Shown here: one piece after another, positions 48,609 to 56,588 of the stretch
Numbering within the stretch: position 1 is the stretch's first letter
Layout: each line of letters opens with the position of its first letter
From: an uncultured Acidobacteriota bacterium
GTDB lineage: Bacteria; Acidobacteriota; JAQAZP01
NCBI GenBank assembly: GCA_963836075.1
Contig: CAWIIB010000001.1
Coordinates: 1,856,001-1,920,000, forward strand
Direction: 5' to 3'
DNA: 64,000 bases
Program-made: the position numbers and the translations under genes
The notes under the pieces: model-generated
Seen by the model: only the letters and a program-made list of their open reading frames with translations
Database searches by the model: none
Told to the model about the DNA's origin: nothing

Positions 48609-51017
48609 TCAGAACCCTCCCGCCGCCACGTTGACCCCGTAGGTCCAGCCGGCAGGGAAAGCTTCCAGGGAAAACGACTGGATCACATCTGATCCGTCGT
48701 AGCGGTAGACCTTGACCGGCGACCCGGTTGACGGGTCCGGCCCGGGGCCCACCACCAGGTCATCCCGCCCGTCACCGTCCAGGTCGGCCATGGCGCAGAC
48801 CTTCGCCCCGTACTGCACCTGGCTCGGCGGCCAGGCAAAGAAGTTGAACCCGTCCAACTGGACCACCGCCACCCCGTCGTAATTCCAGCCCCGGACATGG
48901 GCCCCGAAGGCCGGCCCCGGCCCCGCGCCGCTGATCAGCTCGTCCATTCCGTCACCGTCCATGTCGCCGCAACTGACGTTCACGCCGAACTCGTTGCTGC
49001 CGTATGCAAAGAAACTCACTGCCGGGATGGCCTCGGCCGGCCCGCCGTCCACGTTCCAGCCCCGCACGTGGGGACCGAAGATCCTGCCGGGTCCGGCGCC
49101 GGTGACGATTTCGTCGTACCCGTCGCCGTCGATATCGCCGGCAGCCACATTCACCCCCCACTGGCTGGTGCCGTAAGCGAAGAAGTTGACCCACGGCGAG
49201 GGCGCCACGCTGCCGCCGCTGCCGTACTGGATCAGGTCAAAGGCGCGGACGTGGGGGCCGAACACGCGGCCCGGCCCGGCGCCGGTGATCAGTTCGCAGG
49301 TCCCGTCGTGGTCGATGTCGCCGGCACAGATGTTCACCCCGTAGCGCAGAGTGCCGTAGGCAAAGAAATTAAGTCCGGGCACGGGCAGGCCGTCCGTGGT
49401 GAACCCGCGCACCTGGGGCCCGTAGATCTCACCCGGCCCGGCGCCGGTGAGCAGCTCGTCGCGGTGATTGCCGTCCACGTCGCCGCAGCAGACGTTCACC
49501 CCGTAGCTCGGTGCTCCATAGGCGATGATCTCGTGAGTGTGCGCGGCGTCCTGCTGCGGAGGGAAGAGTCGCACCAGGGGCGGGTTGGTGAGCCCCGGAC
49601 CGGGCCCGGCCGCCAGGGCGGGAGTGGTGATCGGTGACGATTCGCCCTTGTACAGGGCACTGTAGTGCCGGGTCAGGTTGATGAACTGGTCGTTGTACTC
49701 GCTGGAGTCACAGACATCGGTCCCCTCGTAGAACTCGTTCCAGGTCTCGATGGCGATCATCGGCGCGCCCGAGGCGATGGCCGCCTCCCAGCTCTCGCGG
49801 TAGTAGCGGCCGCCCTCACGGTCGCGATAGGAGGGCGGGTAACGCACCGAAGAGTCATCGTACCCCGGCCCCACGGCAGCGGTGTGCAGCAGCTGCGGCC
49901 CGTTCAGCGCCGCACCCCAGCGGTAGCGGCTGTCGGTGACCACGTTCCAGCTGTCCTCCCGAATGATGTATGGGGCCACACCGAACTGCAGCGTGAACTG
50001 GTCCTTGAGGCAGTCGATGGACCACTGGTTGTAGTTGCCGGCAAAGTGGCTGCCGTAGAACTGGATCACCGGCCGGCCGTCCACAGTGGCCCGCAATTCG
50101 TACGGCACCATGTCAAAGAAGTCCCGCACGGTCCTCCAGAAATAGCCGTGCTCCTCGGTGGTGGTGATGTCCAGGCCGGGGTTGAGGCCCGCCTCGTACG
50201 AGTCATCCACCGACTGCAGCATGCCGGCTCGCGAACCGCCCCCGTCGAGATAGCTCATCCAGTAGAGCAGCCCCGCGCTGTCCGGCGCCCGGCCAAGGAT
50301 CAGCTGGAAGGTGTCGTTGACGTATTCCTCGTCGTCGACGATCAGGCTGCCGTATTCCGCGGAGGCGAGAACCGTGTCGATCATCCCCCGCCGTGTGCCG
50401 CCCCCGGCCAGGACATCCACCCACTGCTGCAGCTCGAAGAGATCGGGCTGGCGGTTGAGCAGCACCGTGTAGCAGCGGATGATAAAGTGGCCGTCCAACA
50501 GGAAAAGGGCTGCCCGGTAGCTGCAGTGCCGGTAGTCGTGCTGGTCGTAGTCGTAGGTCAACGGGTTCATGGTCAGGGTGACCGTGTCGTAGAACATTCC
50601 GATCTTTGGCGGGGTCTCGCCCTGGGCCGCCAGTTGCTGCGCGGCCTGCACCAGCAGCTCCAGCCCCTGGTTGCTCCAGTAGTTGTAGCGGGCAGCGGTG
50701 TGCGGAAAGCCCCAGTAGACAGGCAGCACCACATCAACACCGGCCTCGCTCATCCGGCGCAGGTTGAAGGTGTACCAGGGCAGTGATTTCCACCACAGGG
50801 GGGTGCCGGCGGGGAGCCAGGGGTGGTCGGACATCTCGCCTGGGTCTTCGTGATACCAGTAGAAAAAGTAGGTGGTGACGAGTTTGTCGTCCAGCGGGAC
50901 CGTGCCGGTTTCCGCCGCGGCGGATGCCGTGGCGCTGTTCCCGGCGGCGAAAAGCAGCCCGAGCAGCAGCACGATTCCGAAGGACGTGATCCGCTTAGCC
51001 AACCAATTGTTCCTCAT
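48609..51017 (-). CDS. Secreted DUF5010/GH99-like glycosidase with inserted DUF4214-like repeats and a C-terminal FG-GAP-like propeller
   Basis: TTYFFYWY, AGVDVVLPVYWG, KIGMFYDT, VGPGYDDS, ETWNEFYEGT; L.R.PD...W repeats; GD.DGDG.DE..TGAGPG..FGPHVR repeats. Confidence 0.8.
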   Translation of the reverse strand: MRNNWLAKRITSFGIVLLLGLLFAAGNSATASAAAETGTVPLDDKLVTTYFFYWYHEDPGEMSDHPWLPAGTPLWWKSLPWYTFNLRRMSEAGVDVVLPVYWGFPHTAARYNYWSNQGLELLVQAAQQLAAQGETPPKIGMFYDTVTLTMNPLTYDYDQHDYRHCSYRAALFLLDGHFIIRCYTVLLNRQPDLFELQQWVDVLAGGGTRRGMIDTVLASAEYGSLIVDDEEYVNDTFQLILGRAPDSAGLLYWMSYLDGGGSRAGMLQSVDDSYEAGLNPGLDITTTEEHGYFWRTVRDFFDMVPYELRATVDGRPVIQFYGSHFAGNYNQWSIDCLKDQFTLQFGVAPYIIREDSWNVVTDSRYRWGAALNGPQLLHTAAVGPGYDDSSVRYPPSYRDREGGRYYRESWEAAIASGAPMIAIETWNEFYEGTDVCDSSEYNDQFINLTRHYSALYKGESSPITTPALAAGPGPGLTNPPLVRLFPPQQDAAHTHEIIAYGAPSYGVNVCCGDVDGNHRDELLTGAGPGEIYGPQVRGFTTDGLPVPGLNFFAYGTLRYGVNICAGDIDHDGTCELITGAGPGRVFGPHVRAFDLIQYGSGGSVAPSPWVNFFAYGTSQWGVNVAAGDIDGDGYDEIVTGAGPGRIFGPHVRGWNVDGGPAEAIPAVSFFAYGSNEFGVNVSCGDMDGDGMDELISGAGPGPAFGAHVRGWNYDGVAVVQLDGFNFFAWPPSQVQYGAKVCAMADLDGDGRDDLVVGPGPDPSTGSPVKVYRYDGSDVIQSFSLEAFPAGWTYGVNVAAGGF

Positions 51018-51169
51018 GACATCAGAGAGGGTCCGATCCGACAGGGTTGCCTGAAACACCCTTGATCTGCAACCTGAATATAGGGTTCCGGAGGACAAAG
51101 GGCAAGGAAAGCGGTGCATGAACGGGAGGTCATAGTACCGCTTGCGCGCCATTCCCGACAGGCGTACAT

Positions 51170-51205
51170 AAAAAAACGGGATGAAACCCGAGAGTCTCAT
51201 CCCGT
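51170..51205 (-). terminator. Terminator of RRM copy 1
   Basis: ACGGGATGA...TCATCCCGT stem with T-tract on the minus strand; same stem follows copy 2. Confidence 0.8.
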
Positions 51206-51289
51206 CCTTCTCAAACGATCCCGGCCGGATCGGGTTCACCCCTCACTCAGTGCAGGGGAGTGTCCCGGTCCGGCACCGGATGCTGCGCC

Positions 51290-51550
51290 CTAGTAACGGG
51301 GACGCCGCTCTTCCCGGGGCCGGGCTTCGTTGACCTTCAGATTACGACCGCCAAGCTCCTTGCCGTCGAGGGCGCGGATGGCTTCGTCGCCGCCCGAGGA
51401 CATCTCGATGAAACCGAATCCCCGCGGACGGCCGGTGTCCCGGTCGGTGATCATCTTGACTTCATCCACGGTGCCGAACTCTTCGAACATTTCGCGGATG
51501 TCGCTCTCGGTGGAATCAAAGGACAGGTTGCCAACATAGATATTCGTCAT
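51290..51550 (-). CDS. RRM (RNP-1) RNA-binding protein, copy 1
   Basis: RNP2 IYVGNLSF, RNP1 RGFGFIEM, GRNLKVNEARPR; AAGGAA upstream. Confidence 0.95.
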   Translation of the reverse strand: MTNIYVGNLSFDSTESDIREMFEEFGTVDEVKMITDRDTGRPRGFGFIEMSSGGDEAIRALDGKELGGRNLKVNEARPREERRPRY

Positions 51551-51940
51551 GGTCTTTATTCTCGTTTCCTTTTTCATGATCGGTCTCGAGGGTGGATACC
51601 ACTCCCGATCGATCGTCCTCGCGGCCCAGCAGATTCAGCTGAAGGCTCGGAGGGCCCCTTGTGGGGCTAGTGTTCTCTTGATCCGGCACCAGTTGTCACT
51701 ATTGACCACCGGCGCATTCTCGACTCGTGCGTCGTCGCGCTCCTCTTCGCTTATTCAAACCTTGCTGCCCGCTGAAACAAAAAGAGCCTCCGCAACGGTG
51801 AATCCAGGCCGGCAGTCTGAATGGGGCGCCGTCCCGGCCACCGTCGCGGTAAGGGGTTTCCGATCCACATCCACTCAATAAAAAGAGGCGGTCTCTAGAC
51901 CGCCCCTCTCACTTGCGTGCGACATGTCCGAAAACTCAAG
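51551..51940 (-). ncRNA. Candidate structured 5' leader RNA of RRM copy 1 with an internal terminator-like hairpin
   Basis: Extended -10 TGGTATAGT at 51952-51944; hairpin 51906-51885 followed by TTTTTATT; stems preserved by compensatory changes in copy 2. Confidence 0.6.
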
Positions 51941-52105
51941 CGGACTATACCACCACCATGGGAAAAAGTATAGAAAAATAAAATATTTATATCGTTGTCA
52001 GGTACCGACGCCGCCCCGGGGAAGCCCGGTGTTTCATCTATCCATGCATTGTCCATGAAAACGTCCCCGGCGATGCCGCCGACGGTCACACAAGCAGCCA
52101 TGGCA

Positions 52106-52372
52106 TCAGGAGGACAGGGTAACCCAGTTTCCGCAAATACCGGAGATCGGCGTGGACATTGATGTCCCGCCGGGGCCAAAGCCGACACCCGCCTGAGCCG
52201 GGCTCAGACTCTCGTCGACGCCCATCCCTGGTCCCAGGTGGCCGGTGAAGGTTTCATAAGCGGTTGAAAAGTGCATGGAACCAGCCGGAGGCGTGAACGT
52301 CTTGCCACAGCCAAGGGCCGAAGTCTCGAAACTCGTCTGAGATTGCATGGTGGGGGGCGAATACTTTTTCAT
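52106..52372 (-). CDS. Small 88-aa protein, RiPP-precursor-like
   Basis: GGAGG RBS 5 nt before ATG; MKKYSPPTMQSQTSFETSALGCGKT... followed by a Gly/Ser/Thr/Pro-rich core with a second Cys. Confidence 0.6.
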   Translation of the reverse strand: MKKYSPPTMQSQTSFETSALGCGKTFTPPAGSMHFSTAYETFTGHLGPGMGVDESLSPAQAGVGFGPGGTSMSTPISGICGNWVTLSS

Positions 52373-52578
52373 TCTCTCCTCCGCTGCTGATGGACGCATT
52401 ATCGCTCCGGGTCGATACCGCGCGTCTGGAAAGCAGGCCCATTCAACGACTGAACGGTCCGGGGGAAACCCAAACTTGCCTGCACCGTCAACCAGTACAT
52501 CCTTGCTTCAGGAGCAGCCCAGCACTGGCGGAACGAGTTTCAGACCGAGGCCGTGGCAGCGTTGATCACAGCTTCACG

Positions 52579-52692
52579 TCACTGTGCTCTTTTCGGCTGC
52601 TTGTCCTCCTTTTTCTTCGCTTCCTGCTGCTGTTTACTTTTTTTCTGTTTCTTGATTCTGTCCTTGTCCTTCTTGCCGCCTTTGTCGCCCAT
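52579..52692 (-). CDS. 37-aa lysine-rich small protein
   Basis: MGDKGGKKDKDRIKKQKKSKQQQEAKKKEDKQPKRAQ; purine-rich RBS (GGAAAGGGTG) upstream. Confidence 0.65.
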   Translation of the reverse strand: MGDKGGKKDKDRIKKQKKSKQQQEAKKKEDKQPKRAQ

Positions 52693-53421
52693 TGTTTCAC
52701 CCTTTCCCCTGCCAGGTTCATCGTTCAGGCACAGCCGCAGGTTCACATCTATAGTATTGATATGATGCATCATAAAGTGGGTTTAAGCAATAAAAATCGA
52801 TAGTGCTGTTCGGCCAGTAAGGGCAACAGCTTTATTGAATCGGGATGGGGTCCACCTCTGTCCACCGGGAACCCACTGCAGAACCAGCTCAGATTTTCTT
52901 CGCGCAGCCGCGTGCCCCTGTGGGAACTGGATGATGTACTCTATGTAAAAAATTACCCTGAATACCAATAATTATCTGCTCACAGCCGGTTACGCTCGAG
53001 GGGGCCATTACAAATATATGTATTATTGTCATGTGTTTATACCCACACAAGGATACGACGCCAAGGCAGTGGAATAACAATTGCTTATTGTACGCCATAC
53101 AACCAAATATACAAAAGGTCAGTTCATCCAACTGTATTAGGACCTATGATCTGGCCTTGGCAAATGTTCATTCCCGAAATGGGATACAACAACAGCGCAT
53201 TTTGCTGTTATGTATCTAAGGTGTTTAATTTTTCAACCCACTCACATCGCTCACGGGCCGGGAGGGGAGGTGTCATTTTTGGAGGTACTCGCGGTGAGTA
53301 GCGGGGCGCATTCCACCCAGGTGGAGCGTTCGGCGACTACCGTGAGGTGATATACCCGTGTTGATTTGTTCATAATCCACTACACGGTCAGAATTCCTAT
53401 TCCATTTGGAGGAAATAGCTG

Positions 53422-55146
53422 ATGAAGAAGTATTTCCTGATTTTCGCCCTGGTGATCTGTTTCTGTTCCTGGGGTGCCGTGGCCGACGAGACCACCTGTT
53501 TCCCCACGGCTGCCGCTGACAACACCGGCTCCACCGACGGCGCGACCATCACCGACTCGAGCATGATCCGTGGTTACAGCATGGAGGATGGCTGGGCCAA
53601 GTTTGACGTGTCCGCCATTCCTGACACCAATACGGTGACCCAGGTCGACTTCAACTTCTATGTGAACAGCACGTACCATCCCTACTGGAGCACCACTCCG
53701 GTGACCATCGATCCGGTGGGCGCCGACCCGGCCGCACTCGCCAGTGACATCACTGCCGAAGCGAGCACCGGCTACTACAACTATCAGAACGAGTCGAGCA
53801 CTTACGCTCCTGGGTGGAAAACGCTGACCCTGGGCGGCAATGCCGTGGCCGACATAAACGCCGCCCTGGCCGGCGACGCATTCACGGTGGGTATCGCCAG
53901 CCGCGACAACAGCACGACCTACTACATCATCATGGACGGCTGGAACGAGGCCAACGCGCCCTACTTGGTAGTGACGCACACCGCCGATGAGATCTGCTTC
54001 CACGACGGTTGCTCGGACGCCTATCCCATCGCATCCGGCGAGCTGTTCCAGGGCAGGAACTGTGCCTGCACCGACGACTTCCAGGATTACGCTTGTGCCC
54101 CCTGGAGCTTCCTCGGACCGGACCAGGTGTTCACCATCGACCTGGAATGCACCGGCACCCAGATCGACGTGAACTGCACGCCGACCGACGGGTGGGATCC
54201 GGCCATCGCCATCGGTTTTGAGTGCTCAAACGGGAACCTGGTCTGCCTCGCCGCCGCGGACGCGGGATTTGGCGGTGATCCGGAGGCCATCAGCTATCTC
54301 ACCACCGTCGGTGAAGTGGGTACTCTCTACATCTTCGTCGATTCCTACTATTCAGGAGGAGGCCTGGAATGCGGCGATTATGACCTGACCGTTACTTTGG
54401 ACAACGGCATTCCCAACGACGTCTGCACGGACGCCATCCCCGTGGCCGTGCCCTCGGTGACCCACGGCACCACCGATTGCGCCACGTTCGACGGGGCGCC
54501 GCTCTGCGTGACTTCGCAGACCGCGCCAGGTGTCTGGTACTCGGTTATCGGCACGGGCGTCACCATGTATGCCGAAACCTGCGGTCCCACCTACTGGTAT
54601 GATACCAAGATCTCGGTATTCACCGACGGCTGCGACACGCTGACCTGTGTCACCGGCAACGACGACAACTGCCCGGACGGCGCCAGCGGACTGCTGAGCG
54701 GTGTCCTGTGGGACAGCGTCGAGGGGCAGGAGTACCTGATCCTGGTGCACGGCTTCAGTTCTGCCACCGGTGAGTTCGACCTCTATGTGGATTCCGATGT
54801 GGTGGACACCTTCGACGTGACCATCACCTGCGTCACGCCGTCTGTTGTAATTCCCGGCATGGTGAGCCTGAGTGTCGACGTGACCAACCTCACCGACGCG
54901 CCGATCACCGTGAGCGGCCACGTGGACGCCACCCTCTGCAACGGCGTCGAGGTAGGACCGATCCGCAACGGTTTCCTCTACCTCAACCCGTTCGAGACCA
55001 AGGCCATCGCGTGGACACAGGGGCTTTGGGCGGCCAATCCCAGGACCTGCGACTGTGATCTGATCTGGACGGTCTACGCACAGGATGATGCAACGCTCGT
55101 CGAAAAGACGAACTCCTGCGTCATCTCCACGACGTGCCCTAAATAG
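53422..55146 (+). CDS. Secreted Cys-rich multidomain protein (DNRLRE/CBM-like domain + PPC-like domains) with a divergent C-terminal domain
   Basis: GGAGG RBS; signal peptide; KFDVSAIPD...PYLVVT; NDVCTDAI, GVWY, DTKISVF, NDDNC motifs. Confidence 0.85.
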   Translation: MKKYFLIFALVICFCSWGAVADETTCFPTAAADNTGSTDGATITDSSMIRGYSMEDGWAKFDVSAIPDTNTVTQVDFNFYVNSTYHPYWSTTPVTIDPVGADPAALASDITAEASTGYYNYQNESSTYAPGWKTLTLGGNAVADINAALAGDAFTVGIASRDNSTTYYIIMDGWNEANAPYLVVTHTADEICFHDGCSDAYPIASGELFQGRNCACTDDFQDYACAPWSFLGPDQVFTIDLECTGTQIDVNCTPTDGWDPAIAIGFECSNGNLVCLAAADAGFGGDPEAISYLTTVGEVGTLYIFVDSYYSGGGLECGDYDLTVTLDNGIPNDVCTDAIPVAVPSVTHGTTDCATFDGAPLCVTSQTAPGVWYSVIGTGVTMYAETCGPTYWYDTKISVFTDGCDTLTCVTGNDDNCPDGASGLLSGVLWDSVEGQEYLILVHGFSSATGEFDLYVDSDVVDTFDVTITCVTPSVVIPGMVSLSVDVTNLTDAPITVSGHVDATLCNGVEVGPIRNGFLYLNPFETKAIAWTQGLWAANPRTCDCDLIWTVYAQDDATLVEKTNSCVISTTCPK

Positions 55147-55160
55147 GTACACGTTATGAA

Positions 55161-55200
55161 AGTGGGGTGCGGTCGCCCGACCGCACCCCACTCCCTTTTC
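55161..55200 (+). terminator. Intrinsic terminator
   Basis: AGTGGGGTGCGGTCG-CC-CGACCGCACCCCACT stem followed by CCCTTTT. Confidence 0.8.
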
Positions 55201-55467
55201 ACCAGCTTCAGATCCACCCCATCATTCTCAGACCGGTTCCCACTCGTCCCAGCCGGCAACCCATCCTGCTGATGATGTATTCGATTTAACTCGAACAGGT
55301 TTCCACTGATTGCCGAGCCCAGAGCCGAGATTGTCATGTTTCAGGCGGCAATATAACGGCTCCCGGGGGCCACGGTGGCGGTACTGTTCAGCAGCTTCCA
55401 TTGGCTATATGTGTCTGATACTCGATGGACGGGGAAGCTCGCAGCATATATGCCATGCCTTGTGTAC

Positions 55468-55506
55468 AAAAGAAAACGGGATGAAGCCCAAAGAACCTCA
55501 TCCCGT
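55468..55506 (-). terminator. Terminator of RRM copy 2
   Basis: ACGGGATGA...TCATCCCGT stem followed by TTTCTTTT on the minus strand. Confidence 0.8.
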
Positions 55507-55589
55507 CTTTATCGAAAGACCCCGGTCGGATCGGGTCTCCACCTGAACTTTACAGAGGCACCACCGGCACGGCACCGGGATGCAGCACT

Positions 55590-55850
55590 CTAGTACCGGG
55601 AACCCCGCTCTTCACGGGGCTTCGCCTCGTTGACTTTCAGGTTGCGGCCGCCGAGTTCCTTGCCGTCGAGGGCGCGGATGGCTTCGTCGCCACCCGAGGA
55701 CATCTCGATAAAACCGAATCCCCGCGCACGACCGGTGTCACGGTCGGTGATCAGCTTGACTTCGTCCACGGTGCCGTGCTGTTCGAACAGCTCGCGGATA
55801 TCGCTCTCGGTGGAATCAAAGGACAGGTTTCCAACATAGATATTCGTCAT
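55590..55850 (-). CDS. RRM (RNP-1) RNA-binding protein, copy 2
   Basis: MTNIYVGNLSF...RGFGFIEM...GRNLKVNEAKPR; near-identical to copy 1. Confidence 0.95.
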   Translation of the reverse strand: MTNIYVGNLSFDSTESDIRELFEQHGTVDEVKLITDRDTGRARGFGFIEMSSGGDEAIRALDGKELGGRNLKVNEAKPREERGSRY

Positions 55851-56236
55851 GGTCTTTCTTCTCGTTTCCTTTTCAAGATCAGACCCAGGGAAGGCCCCTG
55901 GTTGATCGTCCCCGGGGCTCAGCAAATTCAGCTGAATGCTCGGAGGGCCCCTTTCGGGGTTGGTGTTCTCTTGACTTGGGCACCAGTCGTCACCGCTGAC
56001 CACTGATGCTCAGATGACTCTTGCGTTGTCGCGCTCCTCTTTGCGCATTCAAACCTTGCTGCCCGATGGACTCATTTTGAGCATCCACAACGGTTAAACC
56101 GGACCGGCAGTCTGAATGGGCGCCGACCCGACCACTGTTGCGGCTGCGAGCTTTCGATCCACATCCACGCAATAAAAAGGGGACGATCTCAAGACCGTCC
56201 CTCTCACTTGCGTGCGACATGTCCGAAAACTCAAGC
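55851..56236 (-). ncRNA. Candidate structured 5' leader RNA of RRM copy 2
   Basis: Extended -10 TGATATAGT at 56247-56239; hairpin 56201-56180 followed by CTTTTTATT. Confidence 0.6.
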
Positions 56237-56588
56237 TGACTATATCACCAACGAAGCGAAAAGCATAGTAAAATTAATATTTTACACCGAACCCGTCACC
56301 GTGCAGGTGGCCCTGTGAGACTGATGATGGGGCCAATGTAACCACTAACCAGCAAATATCCTTGGTCGCAGGTGGGATCAGGTGGATCAGCCGATTCCTC
56401 ATGCTGATGGCATCTTTCCTCCTGTTGGCCAAGACATTGCGGAGGATGAACCCCCGGAGAAGCCACGCGGCATGGCAATTAACCACTATTTCTTGCTTTG
56501 GCAACACCCCAGCCCTATATTTTACGTTGATAGATAAACCAATGGCGGTCATGGGCTGACGAGCGAATGAGGAGATAAGGAGACAACA

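Larger units (their letters stand above)
51165..51990 (-). repeat. Copy 1 of an ~820-bp diverged duplication (promoter, leader, RRM gene, terminator); copy 2 at ~55465-56285
   Basis: Collinear similarity throughout; identical 36-nt block 51906-51941 = 56201-56236. Confidence 0.9.
55465..56285 (-). repeat. Copy 2 of the RRM-module duplication
   Basis: Collinear with 51165-51990, offset ~4.3 kb. Confidence 0.9.

Noticed and set aside
52780-53240. Short ORFs in the AT-rich stretch
   Set aside because: No convincing RBS or recognisable protein features; treated as intergenic/regulatory.
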